64,000 nt of DNA from Mobula hypostoma (lineage: Eukaryota), in contig NC_086110.1 in assembly GCF_963921235.1 (NCBI RefSeq), forward strand, positions 23,498,001-23,562,000, given 5' to 3'. A model generated the notes under the pieces. That model did no database searches. It was not told where the DNA came from and worked only from the letters and a program-made list of their open reading frames with translations. Of the stretch, positions 35,323 through 48,785 are shown piece by piece. The translations under genes were made by a program, and so were the position numbers. Numbering within the stretch: position 1 is the first letter of the stretch; every line of letters starts with the position of its first letter.

Positions 35323-38279
35323 GGAAGTATCTGCCAGTGAGGTGCTACCTGTCGAGATTTTCTTACTGATTTGGTGGCTGGGGAAATTCACGAAGACTTG
35401 TGCTAAAATCTTTAACGCTCAGACTCTTCAAAGCACTGGGGATGTATCATCAGTACTGTCTATTGAAATCCCCCAAATCCAGTAGCAAGAGATAACCATG
35501 GGAACAGACTCTTCAGTCCACGTTGGCCGTTAACTACATGTTCACATTAAAACTACAAACATCTCTTTCTTTTATTCCTTGCCCCCCCCCACATTCTCCT
35601 CAACTTCCTCCACCTCCACACCAGGGGCAATTTACAGCGGCCAATTAACTTGCCACCTTTGGGATGTGCGGAGACAATGCGCACTGTCACAGGCTGGATG
35701 TTCAAACTCCACACATTCAGGGTTGAAGCAGCAGCTTTACTTGATGTACTGGTGTGCTGCTCCTTGTGAGTGGATGTCGGCATGCTCTCCCCGGCCAACA
35801 TCCCAGGCACTCCGACACGAGTTATAATCAGCCATCTCTGAAGGGCAGGCCACGTCACTGACATGCCTGACACCAGACTGCAGATATTAAACTCTGGAGT
35901 TCTGTCATGGCAAAGGATTACCAGGAGGACTGAGGATATGAGTTAAGAATGCCCTCGTAGCCTCCTGGACAGACGGTAATGGTGTCATTAGCATTGGTCT
36001 GTGTCTCCTCAAAATGGATGAGGAGCATTTGGGGGGGTATTAAAAATCTTATATCTCTTTGAGAGCACCTAGAAGCTCAGTGCAAGTTGGGGAAAGAATA
36101 CACCATCTCCCAAAGGATCCACCTGCAAAGCCCATCAATCACTCCGAGTCCCACCTGTGGCAGAGATGACAGGGCCTCGTCAGACATGTCTGACGCCACA
36201 GAACCGGGCTGGAAGCAAATCATCATCACTTCCAAAGTTCTGCTTAAGAAGAACAGTAAAAGCTGTGAGCTGTGTAGCTGTTGGTCAGAATTTTGCCCTA
36301 AAGCTGCTAAAGTTGCGTTGGAATGTCTTTCAACCATAGGACCTATGTGATGGCAGACTTCCTCTGGTTATGTTGAGGTTGACATGAATACGTCTGAGGA
36401 ATTTTCATTTAAAAGTGACAGGTAATGTCGATTCCTTGTTGGAAATAAGCTTATTGCTATCCTGTCCAAGAGGCTCCTAATAGCCTCGTGCATGCTGACA
36501 GGATGATGCAAAAAGCCCATGAGCAAGAATCTCCATTTAAATGGAACTACCTTCCTCTGCTTGAGGGGCCACAGGGGGCTGGATTTCAATCCTGCTGAAT
36601 TTGGAGATAATGAGATACATGCTGGCTTATTACTGGGTTGCATTATCTCCTCACTTATCCTTGACTGTCCTCTGACTAGCGCAACGGTTGGATGGAAGTG
36701 ATGGAGTGGATACAGACTTTTGCAATTTAAATTTGCCTATTAGCAGAAATTCCTAACAGCGCTTAACAGAAGCAACAGCAGAGTAATGTTAGTTTTCATT
36801 ATGTTCCCACTAGCTCGGCAACAGCTAGCAGTTAGCAAGCTCTGAGATGGGAATGTTTTTGTGGGAGGGTAGGTAAGAGGGGAGGAAAAAATAGCAGTGG
36901 ACAAGATCTCTTGTCATTGTGCATTCCTATGCAGATGAACCAGATTCTGAGATTTTTAACTCCACTCCTGCCACAATTGATTTTACACCCATCTCTTCCT
37001 GAAGTTCAGCACATGCTGTCACCAAGTCAGTCCAATCAGATTCTCAAATAGTACAAGGAAAGGAGACAAGAGTAAAATTGATATTTCTCAGATGTCTCCA
37101 CTCAATGTATTTCCTTCAGACTGTATCCATACCAAAGATTTTTTCTAACAACATTTGCTGGGACAGAAGGACCAGGTCTTGTGTTCATACATAATTATTG
37201 TCATCACTTCTTCCCAGTCTTATTTCTTGTTTGGTACAGAACAGCTGTGAATAAATCTTACCCTAAGCCCACTGTGAATGTCAGAATGGTGGTAGGCAGT
37301 GAAACTCGAGGGTCATCACAGCTGGTTCTGATCCAGCACACAAAATGCTGGAGGAACTCCACAAGTCATGCGGCATCTAAGGAGGGGAATAAGCAGTTGG
37401 CATTTCAGGCTAACACGTGTTTCGCACACACTGGATTATGAATGGATCTGGTCCGTTTGTGCAGATCATGTGCAGACAGGACGGTTGAATGCAAGTACGA
37501 AGCAGGAACCTGAAATTCTTTCCTGTCGTAGGTCTCTGTATTGTACCAGATTTGTCTTCGGCTAATACAAAATTGATCAGAAATTGAACCTGACTAGTCT
37601 GGCTAAATAGTCTTGGTTATCCATGGAGTCCACCTACAGGCTCTGGATCTGTCATTTGCTGTCCTTGCAGTGGACTGTCCTGACGTGCAACTTGTCTGGG
37701 AAGCTGGGACAGCCACAAGTCTCAGGGCTTCATGTTTCTCAGGAGTCGTCAGCATCAGCACCTGGTTTTAAATTTTTGGGTTTGGTTTCACTGTCCCTCG
37801 CTTGCCAGAAATGGCTGAACGTTGAGTGGCTGGGGCGTCACTCCTGTCGCACCAGTCAGCGGCTGGGGAGTGGAGAGAAGCTTTGAAGAAGCTGGGGGTT
37901 GGGTCTCTGTGGAAGGTAGTGGGCTGCCGGACATTGGCAGCAGCCAGTATTTGGTAGCGAGTGTGCTGGTGTGGGTGCATGGAGTTACAGGGAGGAAACT
38001 TCAGGCCCACAATAGGGAGCGGTTCCTGGTCGGGGGAGTTTATGGCCACAGATTCATATTGAAGGGAAAGAAGCTTAGTCTTAGTGGGGGGAGTTGGCAT
38101 TGAGAATGGTGATGATGGTAATGTGGATCATGGAGGTGTAGGAAGCACCTATGTTCTTCCAGGTGCCAGCACAATGCTGGAAGTAGAAATGTTTTCCAAA
38201 CCTGCTCACACTTTCTCTTCAGAGTCAGATTACCTCAGCCCTGGGAGGCTTCGTCTGCAGGCGGTAATTTAAATCTTCC

Positions 38280-39680
38280 AATCAAGATGGCGATGAGCTG
38301 TGATGACTTAGTAGTTTTATGGTTCATAGAGATGGTTTTGGAGGCAGCGTTGGGAATTAGGGGACAGGATAGGGTTCAGGGACAGAGATGAGGGGAGTTA
38401 GAAGTCAGGGGCAGTAATGAAGAGTTAGAGGCAGCAGTCAGAGTTCAGGTTGGAGCACTCCACAACAGAAGGACAGTGCCCCTGTGGATGGATGTGGGGT
38501 CAGCAGATGCTAAGGATGAAGACCAGCAATCACTGTGGTCAATGGCTGCTATGTCAGCAAGTCCCGAGAGTGGAGGTCCTTGTGGGCAGAAGGCACAAGG
38601 GCCAGTGACCACCATCACACCCACCCCCCCCCCCCCAGTTTGTCAAGTCCTGGAGTCGGAGGTCAGTGCAAGTCTGGAATTTGAGGCCCGAAGAGCAAAG
38701 AACCGTGATCGGCAAATCGACAAATCCTGGGGTCAAAGCCCAAAGATTGAAGACCAAATTTGTGAGTCTGGAATTTGAGGCCCAGTAGTCAAACAGGTAC
38801 AGACCAACTGGTCTGTCCAGCATTTGGAGGCTCCATGTTGTAAGCCTGGGCCGGGGACTCATCATCTTTGGACCAGTTGAAGGCTGGGAGGCCCCTTGTC
38901 CTGGGGTTGGAAGCATGTCTCTCTGTGTGAGTGGGTGGGCATGTGTCAGTGAGTAAAGGGGCTACTTCTACTGCCACAGTGAGGCCACTCTCAGCTTGGA
39001 GGAGCAACACCTCATATTTTGTCTGGGTAGCTTCCAACCTCATGGCATGAATATCAATTATTCTAACTTCCGGTAATGTCTCCCCCGTCCCTTCCCTCTT
39101 CCATTCCCCACTCTTGCCCCCATCTTCCCTTTTCCCATCTGCCTATCACCTCCCCTTGTGGCCTCTCTCCCTTTCCTTTCTCCCATGGTCCACTTTCCCC
39201 TCCTATCCGATTCTTTCTTCTTCAGTCCTTTCCCCTTTCCACCCCACCTCCCAGCTTCTCACTTCATTCCCCCCTACCCCCTCCACGTGGCTTCACCTAT
39301 CACCCTTCTAGCTTCTACTCCTTCCCTCCCCCTCCCCACCTCCTTCTTTGGGTTTCTCCTCCCTCCCTTTTCAGTCCTGACAAAGGGTCTCGGCCCGAAA
39401 CGTCCTTTCCACAGATGCTGCCTGACCTGCTGAATTTCTGCAGCATTTTGCGGGTGTTACTCGGGAGGAAAGGGCTGGTCTTGCTGTCGTTTTTGATTTG
39501 TTGCTGTCGTTGATGGTTGTATTGTTCTGTGGAACATTTTGGTTAAGCTGGGACATGTGGTGACACTCGCGGGCTGCCACTAGCACACCCTTAGGTTGTG
39601 TTGGTTTTTAACGCAAACAACACATTTTACTGTATACTTCGATGTACATAAGATAAATAAATAAATATGAATCTGAATGT
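38280..39680 (+). mobile_element. Non-autonomous retroelement (caagatggcg head, SINE-shared tail), split by a PLE
   Basis: Starts caagatggcg; ends gacactcgcgggctgcc..cattttactgtatacttcgatgtacat..aataaatatgaatctgaat; related minus copy at 54208-54660. Confidence 0.6.
38965..39462 (+). mobile_element. Penelope-like element 3' end (GIY-YIG C-terminus, pyrimidine tract, terminal repeat)
   Basis: 38972-39076 translates CHSEATLSLEEQHLIFCLGSFQPHGMNINYSNFR*, like the PLE endonuclease C-terminus; hammerhead-like motif at 39372-39404. Confidence 0.9.
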
Positions 39681-40244
39681 TAAGACTCTTATCAGGATAG
39701 TAAAATGCTGGTCCTGCCTCTACAAAGTAGGCCATACATTTGCTGCATGTTCTTATGCATTTCCTGTGACATAGATTGAGGCCACTTGGCCCATTAGTGT
39801 ATGCCAGCTCTTAGAGAAATCCCATCAATACCTGCCATCCATTCTCCCTCATGTTGTCCATTAACACTCACTAATTCTCTCAGCAGTCTCCTACACAAGG
39901 GGTAGTTTACAGTAGCAAATTAACCTACCGCATGGGGATGCGAGAAGGGAATTGGAGCCTCTGACGTAGTTGACAATGTCATCGGAGAACGGGCAAACTT
40001 CATAAATTCAGTGTTGAAGGATAGAATTGAACCTGGTTCCATGTAGCTATGAAACTGCTTCATCTCTGCATCACACAGTCTCCACTTTCCTTCAAAATAA
40101 ATTGAAACTGGATTATCTTTTCACTCCATTTTTATATCCAGCACCACCTCCATCCCTGACCCCCTGTGTTCCTGCCTGTGCCTGGGGGTTCACTTTGCCC
40201 CTAGTAAGCTACCTGCTCAGCAGCTGAAATACTTGCCACACAAG

Positions 40245-42630
40245 TCAGAGTAAATTTAGAATCAAAAGTATGTAAATATTACCATGTACCATCTTTAGAT
40301 GATTTTTCCTGATGGTATTTACAGGAAAATAAAGAAATATGATAGAAATTCTGAAAAAATATACATAAATAAACACTGCTGAACAACCAATGTGCAAAAG
40401 AAGACAAATTATGCAAATAAAAATAATTAATTGATACTGAGAACACGAGTTATAGAGTCATTGAAAGTGAGCTTATAGGTTGTGGAATTAGTTCACTGTT
40501 GAGGTGAGTGAAATTAACCATGCTGGTTCAGGAGCCTGATGATTGAAGGGTAATAACCGTTCCTGAACCTGGTGGTGTGGGACCGAAGGCTCCTGAACCT
40601 CCTGCCTGACGGTAGTCATGAGAAGACCATAAGACCATAAGATATAGGAGCAGAAGTTGGCCCATCGAGTCTGATCCAATGCTTCCAGTCATCCCCACTC
40701 CCATGCCTTCACCCCTTACCCATTTCGTGCCCTGGCTAATTAAGAACCTATCTATCTCTGCCTTAAATACACCCAAGGACTTGGCCTCTGCAGCCGCTAG
40801 TGGCAACAAATTCCACAGATTTACCACCCTCTGAAGTTATTTCTCCACATTTCTGTTCTAAATGGACGTCCTTCAATCCTGAAGTCGTGCCCTCTTGTCC
40901 TAGAATCCCTTACCATGGGAAATAACTTTGCTATATCTAATCTGTTCAGGCCTTTTAACATTTGGAATGTTTCTATGAGATCCCCCTCATTCTCCTGAAC
41001 TCCAGGGAATACAGCCCAAGAGCTGCCAGATGTTCTCATACGGTAACCCTTTCATTCCTGGAATTATCCCCGTGAATCTTCTTCGAGCCCTCTCCAATGT
41101 CAGTATATCCTTTCTAAAATAAGGAGCCCTAAACTGCACACAATACTCGTGTGGTCTCACGAGTGCCTTATAGAGCCTCAACATCACACCTCTATTCTTA
41201 TATTCTATACCTCTAGAAATGAATGCCAACATTGCGTTCACCTTCTTCACAATCGACTCAACCTGGAGGTTAACCTTTAGGGTATCTTGTACAAGGACTC
41301 CAAAGTCCCTTTGCATCTCTACATTTTGAATTCTCTCCCATCTAAACAATAGTCTGCCCATTTATTTCTTCCACCAAGGTGCTTGACCATACACTTTCCA
41401 ACATTGTATTTCATTTGCCACTTCTTTACCCATTCCCCTAATCTACCTAAGTCTCTCTGCAGGCTCTCTGTTTCCTTAACACTACCTGCTCTTCCAACTA
41501 TCTTTGTACCATCGGCAAATTTAGCCATAAATCCATTAATACTGTAGCCCAAATCATTGTAGCCCAAATCATTGACATACATTGTAAAGAGCAGCGGTCC
41601 GAACACCGGCCCCTGTGGAACTCCACTGGTAACTGGCAGCCAGCCAGAATAGGATCCCTTTATTCCCAATCTCTGGTTTCTGCCAACCAGCCAATGCTCC
41701 ACCCATGCTAGTAGCTTCTCTGTAATTCCATGGGCTCTTATCTTGCTAAGCAGCCTCATGTGTGGCACCTTGTCAAAGGCCTTCTGAAAATCCAAGTACA
41801 CCACTGCATCTCCTTTGTGTACTCTGTTTGTAATTTCCTCAAAGAGTCCCAGTAGGTTTGTTTGTCAGGCAGGACTTTTCTTTCAGGAAACCATGCTGGC
41901 TTTGGCCTATCTTGCCACGTGCCTCCAGGTACTCCATAATCTCATCCCTAACAATCGATTCCAACAACTTCCCAGCCACTGATGTCAGGCTAACAGGTCT
42001 ATAGTTTCCTTTCTGCTGCCTCCCACCCTTCTGAAATAGTGCAGTAACATTTGCAATTTTCTGGTCATCCGGTATAATGTCAGAATCTATCGATTCTTGA
42101 AGGATAATCGTTAATGCCTCCGCTAATTCCTTCAGAACCCGAGGGTGCATTCCGTCAGGTCCAGGAGATTTATCCACCCTCAGACCATTAAGCTTCCTGA
42201 GCACCTTCTCAGTCGTAATTTTCAATGCACAAACTTCACTTCCCTGACACTCTTGAATGTCTGGTATACTGCAGATGTCTTCCACTGTGAAGACTGATGC
42301 AAAATACACATTCAGTTCCTCTGCCACCTCTGCGTCTCTGATTTCAATATCTCCAGCGTCATTTTGTATTGGTCCTATATCTACCCTCGGCTCTCTTTTA
42401 CCCTTTAAAGAAGCTTTTATTATCTTCTTTGAAAAGAGAGCATGGCCTGGGTGGTGGGGGGGTGGGGGTCTTTGATGATGGATGCTGCTTTCTTGTGGCA
42501 GCATTCCCTGTAAATGTGTTCAGTGATGGGGTGAGCTTGGCCTGTGATGGTCCGGGCTGCAGACTTTTCTGTTCCTGGGCACTGGTGCTTCCATACCAAC
42601 CGTGATACAACCAATCAGAATACCACACAT
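40245..42630 (-). mobile_element. Rex1/Babar-like LINE 3' part, split by CR1
   Basis: Tail near 40250; cctgaacctggtggtgtgggacc before the insert; gaaaagagagcatggcctgggtggt..(CCHKKAASIIKDPH) after it. Confidence 0.85.
40625..42410 (-). mobile_element. CR1 LINE (relatively young), pre-RT region to 3' tail
   Basis: DKSPGPDGMHPRVLKE, GNYRPVSLTSV, YLDFQKAFDKVPH, SGVPQGPVFGPLLF, KFADGTK; tail gaccataagaccataaga. Confidence 0.97.
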
Positions 42631-43474
42631 CTGGCAGTTACCTGAGCACTGCTATGCTGGATACAAGCCTGTCAGTACAACTGCACATTAGATTTCCATT
42701 CCCCTAAAACGGGAGCCTAGGAGGCAGATGGTGCCACCTTTTAAAATATTTTCTGTCAGACCATAGCACGTGAGCATAAAACCAACAATATACATAATGC
42801 AAAATTACAATGATAATCCAGCAAGTGGTGTGCAGTCTCTATTGTTTTTCAGTTATATTGCTTAATATATTAAACAGTTTCTGTGACGGCAAGCACGATA
42901 TAAGATCATTTTGTACTCAAAGGTTCCAGTGCCCTATAAATTTGTGCCCTGTAACATGATTCTCCCAATCCACAAATGTCTTCTCAAGCCTTACAAAATC
43001 TGTAAGTGGATATGAAGTTAGTGGTTGGTTTGTGGGAGGACCTACAAGTCTTTAATTTACTTGTATGTTGTGCTTGGGAGCTCATTACTAAATAGCAAAG
43101 GTAACCCTGGAGAACATTGGCCCTGGAGAGGAAATGCCATTCCCTCCATTACTGGGATAAGATAAAGTTCTCCGGGAATGTACTGCATTCCTGAAATGTT
43201 CACATGAGCTTGTTTCTGAAGGGGTCGGTGGGGGGTGGGGGGGGGGTGTATGTGAGGCCCTGGGGAAAGATCTTACTTTCTGATCAAGCATCTGATTTAT
43301 ACTGAAACAAAAGAACCAGCTTTACATCACAGTGTTTTAGTAATGTCTTGGGAAAATAGATGTTTGTTGCTTAAGCAACACATATGGCTCATTGTATTGC
43401 TGCTTGCTTTATTTTTTTTGCACTGGGTCTTGGTAAATTTACACAAAGTGCAGTGTGGTCCAAAGAAAACATAC

Positions 43475-43516
43475 CAAGAAGGCGATTGGTAGGTCTCCGG
43501 AGGGTCTGAGAGTCTC
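43475..43516 (-). other. Candidate 42-nt minus-strand exon
   Basis: Minus strand ccttttaatttcag|GAGACTC...CCTTCTTG|gtatgt; length divisible by 3 and open in all three frames; unique DNA. Confidence 0.25.
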
Positions 43517-43814
43517 CTGAAATTAAAAGGTTTGTAATTCATTTGTAGGTTGTGAGTGTTACTGGCAAAGTCAGCATTTGCTTCCCATTTCCAATTGCCC
43601 GTAAATTGTGAGGTTTGCTATGCATTCGGGAGCAAGCAAGGTTCAAGGTCATTGCTGTGGATCTGGAGCCATGTCGGTAAAATTAGGACAGACTAGGTAA
43701 AACTTTTCTCTTTATAAGAGATTTATAAACTCGGTGAGTTCTTACAACATTTCAGTAATTACTGAAGTGTTTTATTTTAGAATTCCAGAGAATCCGCCCA
43801 GCAGATTATCAGCA

Positions 43815-44217
43815 CCCCATTGGCCACCATTGAGAACATCTACCATAAACGCTGCCTGGGCAGGGCGAAAAGCATTATCAAGGATGCATCTCACCCTAAC
43901 CATGGTCTTTTTACTCTCCTCCCATCTGGTAGGTGCTACAGGAGCCTCTGCTCCCACACCAGCAGGCACAGGAAGAGCTTCTTCCCTGAGGCTGTGACCC
44001 TGCTGAACCTCACATCACAGCACTAAGCAGTATTGCATCCGTATTGTACTGTCTCAGTACTTTTATATTTGTGTGCTGTAGCACTTACTTTTTATTCGCG
44101 GTTATTTTGTAAATAACACTATTCTTTGCGTTTCTGGTTAGGTGCTAACTGCATTTCATTGGCTTTGTATTTGTATTCGGCACAATGACAATAAAGTTGA
44201 ATCTAATCTAATCTAAT
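43815..44217 (+). mobile_element. Rex1/Babar-like LINE 3' end
   Basis: IENIYHKRCLGRAKSIIKDASHPNHGLFTLLPSGR..RKSFFPEAV; tail aataaagttg(aatct)3. Confidence 0.92.
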
Positions 44218-44495
44218 ATACCTCAGTAGTGAAATTTAAATTCTCCAATTCCTGTTTTAGATCGGATTTGCTTGTTCAGGAATTTAACTGTAATGTCGCT
44301 GTGTCTTCTATCTTGTCGAGGGAAATACGAAGATATAGGGCCAGTTTTGTTGCTCACTTACTAAAACATCAGGGATGGAGGCAGTTTCCACGTCATTGGT
44401 TGGGAGGATTGGGGGCAGCAGTAAATCTGGTGGAACTCCGGGAGCATATTAAACTAAAGGCAACGTTATTTATTATCAGAGTATATACTGTGTAC

Positions 44496-44575
44496 CAGGG
44501 GTTCCCAACCTTTCATATGCCATGGGTCAATGCCATTAAGCAAGGGGTCCATGGTCCCCTGGTGGGAAAACCTTT
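44496..44575. mobile_element. 80-bp hAT MITE copy
   Basis: caggggttcccaacctttcatatgccatggg..aagcaaggggtccatggtcccctggtgggaaaacc. Confidence 0.75.
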
Positions 44576-45082
44576 TGTAGACATATACAACCTTGATATT
44601 CCTCTTCTTTCAGGCAGTCACAAAACAAAGAAACACATTAGAATCCACAAAAAAACCCACACAACAAAGACCATCAAACATCCAAAGTGCAAAAAAAAGG
44701 ACAAATCACGCAAACAATTAAAAAAACGTAAACGAGTAACACACAGATCCTGAACCGCAGAGTCCCTGGAAATCAGCCCACAGCCATGGAGCCAGTTCTG
44801 CGCTGAGGCAGGTAAAGTCTCTCAGAGCAGTGACTGAGCACTGGTTCGTCCTTCACCCTTGGCCTTGACGCCTTAATCTTTTTAATCTGGCTTGGTGCTT
44901 AAATCGGGCAAACACTGGTTCGTTTTTTGCTCGGGCCCCACCGCTTCAGTCCGGCCCAAAGTTTCGACCTGGACCCAAATCTGCTGCAGCAATGGGCACT
45001 GCGGCCGTAACTGCGTTCTCGAGAGTTGAGTTCGCCGAATCCCTCAGCAAAATCGGCAGATCATATGGAAATGAAACTCCTA

Positions 45083-45207
45083 AAGGGAAATAACAGGCTG
45101 CGGATTGCAGTGATCGTAGTCCAGAAAAAGTTTATCTAGTAGAATATTTACTAGATAAACTTTTTCTGGACTACGATCACTGCAATCCGCAGCCTGTTAT
45201 TTCCCTT
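45083..45207. repeat. Perfect inverted repeat (59-bp arms, 7-nt loop)
   Basis: 45083-45141 is the exact reverse complement of 45149-45207; loop gaatatt. Confidence 0.97.
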
Positions 45208-45954
45208 GTTAGCTGCCCATAAATGCCACATGTCTTGCTGGTGCTATCTTGGGTCATCAATTGTTAACCAGAGTTAACAACCTCACAAAGAGAAAAAGTG
45301 TTAACTCTGCTGACTTTACGGATCAGGCTGGCCAAATAGAGGTTGGGAGATGATTTAAAGAAAATAAGATCATTAAAGCTAGTATAAATGTGTAAACATC
45401 ACATTTATTGAAAACAACCTAGGGTGCAGTTTGCCTCCCTCCTGCATTTTCTCATTCGAATCGCAACAGATAGAGCTTAAACATACAAAGTTTATAAATA
45501 ACAATAATAAAATGCTGGCAGTTTAATGTACTTATGGCTGAACTGCAGAAGCTGAGCTTCATTTTACAAATACTCTCACTCTCAAGTAGTGTTATTGCTT
45601 TGGGCATTGCAGCTCAAACTGCTGGTTTGAAATATTATCACCATGGAGATGAACTAATTGACTGTCTCTTAGACGTTAATATTAAGAGGAAATCTAAATG
45701 TTTAGAAAGGTTCATTTTTGGATTTTCCCCAGCATAATTCAAGGAGAAGGACATTTCTTATTTTGGATCCATGGGGAAAGTATTCACAACTAACTTCCTT
45801 ATGTTGAATTAATGGGCACATAATTGACTCAGTGCAATAATATCTATTCAATCAAATTTATTCTGAGTTGTAAAGAATATTCCTTGGCTTTACTGAAATG
45901 AAATATGAAATTGGTAATTCAGTTTTCTGAATAAAGGAGGTTATATTATTGTTT

Positions 45955-46262
45955 AAACACAAGAAATTCTGCAGGTGCTGGAAATTCAAAGCAGCACACA
46001 AAAAATGCTGGAAGAACTCAGCAGCTCGAGCAGTATCTATGGAAATGAATAAACAGACGACATTTAGGGCTGAGACCCTTCTGTAGGATTGGAAGGGAAG
46101 GGGGAAGATACCAGAATAAAAAAGTTGTGGGGGAGGGAGGAGGAAGATAGCTAGAAGGTGACACTAGGTAGGTATAGGGAAGGGACCCTGGGGGAGGTGA
46201 TAGGCAGGTGAGAAGAGGTGGGAGGCCAAAATGGGGAACAGAAGAAGTGGGGAGGGAAAAAT
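45955..46262 (-). mobile_element. PLE 3' end
   Basis: tctgcaggtgctggaaat..atgctggaagaactcagca..gacgacatttagggctgagacccttc, then a purine tract that is the reverse complement of the 39.1-39.4 kb tract type. Confidence 0.8.
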
Positions 46263-47009
46263 TATTTTTAGCTAGCTAGCTCCTTATAAATTGTGTCACA
46301 GCAATCACTGAGCTTAATCACATGTCCATTGTAAATACAGCAAGCTGTAAAATGCATTTGAAAGGACATTGCCATCTGGAATTAATGGCTTGCAAACAGA
46401 ATCTTTTCACTAGGAGTACTTGGGAAGAGGTTAATCATCCCACAGCTGCTGTGTATCATTAGGGGTCTGTGCAGCCAGCATCACTGAGGACCGGAGTGTC
46501 GGGAGATGGGGGAGGGAGTGTGGGTGAAGGTGTAGGTGTGGTGGAGATTCCACAGGGCAACGTCCAGCTTTATACTGTAGCCTAACTGGAAACACCCAAA
46601 TTAGATAAACACTCAAAAAAACTGCTGCAGGAACCGGAAGGCAAAAGGAAGGAAGCCCTTTCTTTCCAGTTCTGGTGAAAGGTCTCAACCCAAGATGTCA
46701 ACTGTGTAAGTTCAGGTTCAAGTTTATTCCCATTCAACCATGCACAGCTAAATGAAACATTGTTCCTCTGGGGCCAAGGTGCAAAACGCAGAACATATAC
46801 TCACTCACAGCGCATATAGTTACGATCCAGAACTTTCAATCACAAAATAATATCAGCACAAGTCCCTGAGAGGCATGGCCTGAAGATTTAATTTCCCCCC
46901 GTTGACCTGCAAGTTGCCTCCAGCGTGTCGTCTGGGTCGATCAGTATTTCTAGCAAGTGTAGAATCTCGGTGTGCGCACTCAAATAGACAATCCCTCCGC
47001 AAAAGGAAG

Positions 47010-48785
47010 GTATGGGGAAACCAATCAGGTCCTAAGTGAATGTGCCACAGTTGTTACCTCCTGCGTAAGGACACATGTGTATGAGTGTGTACCCACTAAA
47101 ACATGCGAAGTCTCATGAAAGGTGTTCGGTTCAGATAGCATACCTGGCCGAGTGCGAAAATTCTGGTGCACCAACTGGCTGAAGTATTCACGGATATACT
47201 CAACCTCTTGCTTCTGCGGCCTGAGGTTGCCACTTGCTTTAATAGGGTCAGCGATATTGTTCCAGTGCCCAAGAAGAACATGATAGCATGCCTCAGTGTC
47301 GACCACCTAGTGCCAATTACATCAACTGTAATGAAGTGGTTTGAGAAGTTGGTTATGGCACCAATCAACTCCTGCCTTGGATCCATGCCAATTTGTCTGT
47401 CATCACAACAGGCCAACAGCAGATACAATTTCTCTGAGTCTTCACTCAGTTCTGAGCCATCTGGAAACTTGTATGTCAGGCTGCTGTTCTTTGACCGCAC
47501 TCAGTGTTCAATGCATTTATCTCATCTAAATTCATCATTAACCTTCAAGAGCTGGGTCTCTGTAACTCCCTCTGTCTCCGGTAACTCGACTTATTCATCG
47601 ACCGACCTCAATCAGTGAGGATTAGTAACAACATCTCTTCCTTACCAACCATCAATATAGGTACCTATTCTCTACTCTCTATTCTCTATGCACACTATTG
47701 TCTAACTGACCACAGCTCTAATGCCATCTTCAAACTGACCATCATCGCTCTCACTCAACATCAGCAGAACCGAAGAGCTGATTGTTGACTTCAGGAAGGG
47801 GTGAGAGGGTTTACATGCATGAGTCTATTTTGGGGAATTAGTGATGGAATTAGTTAATAGCTTCACATTTCTGCACTTTAACATGTAAGATGACCAGTCC
47901 AGGGCCCAGCACATTGATCAATCATAAAGAAAGTGTGCCCGTGTGTTAAATAGGAGTTTAAGGAGATTTGGCTTGCCCGTGACCACTTTAACAAATCGTT
48001 GAAAGTATCCTGAATGGTTGCAGTCTGCTCTGCCGTGGCCATTTGAATGTGCAGGAATGTAAGAAGCTGCAGAGTATCATGGACTTTGCCCAATACATCA
48101 TAGGCACAACTACTCCCACGAGTAGCGGTATACACAGGAGGCGCTGCCTCAGGAAGGCAACATCTCCCATCAAAGATTCCCCATCATCTGGGCCTTGCTG
48201 TCTTTTCACATCTACCATTAGGCAAGACCTACAGAAGCCTGAAGTCCACAGCACCAGGTTCAAGAACAGCTACTTCCCTTCAACCACTCAGTTCATGAAC
48301 CAACCAACGAAATCCTGATCACTGCAGTTAGTAATACTATGCATAATTTGGTCACTTTGCTCTAAAATTGTCGTTTTCATTTAATTTTATTTATTGAGCT
48401 ACAGTCCCTTCGAGCCACGCTGCCCAGCAATCCCCCAGTTTAATCCGAGCCTAAGCACGGGATAATTTACAACGACCAATTAACCTACCAACTGGTGCGT
48501 CTTAGGAGTGTGGGAGGAAACCGGAGCAGCAGCAGGAAACCCACGTGGTCACGGGAAGAATGTACAAACTTTACACGCGGTGGTGGGAATTGAACCCAGG
48601 TCGCTAACCACAATGCTAACATGCTGCCCTGTTCTAATTGTGCTTTCTTGTAAATATTGTGTATAATGTGTGTCTATGTTTAATTAACTTTTCTTCTGAA
48701 TTCTACTGTAAGTAAGTTTTCATTGTACCTGTACAGACTTTTACTTGTCCATAGAGTATGACCATAAACTTGAATTTGACTTTGG
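47010..48785 (+). mobile_element. Degraded Rex1/Babar-like LINE
   Basis: QLAEVFTDILNLLL..IVPVPKK..ITSTVMKWFEKLVM; RRRCLRKATSPIKD..TRFKNSYFPS. Confidence 0.88.
48385..48630 (-). mobile_element. HE1-like V-SINE
   Basis: V-domain gtgggaggaaaccggagc..ggaaacccacgtggtcacgggaagaatgtacaaact; B box ggaattgaaccc. Confidence 0.88.

Larger units (their letters stand above)
44465..45250 (-). mobile_element. Non-autonomous retroelement with Rex1-type tail
   Basis: tttattatcagagtatat..caaccttgatattc..cacaaaacaaagaaac tail; CpG-rich body; ends gctatcttg (minus strand caagatagc, like the caagatggcg head). Confidence 0.6.

Noticed and set aside
39076-39513. Pro/Ser-rich ORFs
   Set aside because: They translate the pyrimidine-rich PLE 3' region.
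41543-41573. 15-bp tandem duplication in CR1 (YNDLG repeated)
   Set aside because: It is an ordinary slippage duplication in a dead element.
41319-42504. Reverse transcriptase ORFs as functional genes (also 1984-2764, 6650-6937, 24977-25535)
   Set aside because: They are truncated, frameshifted LINE remnants, several with altered catalytic motifs (FADG, FAND).
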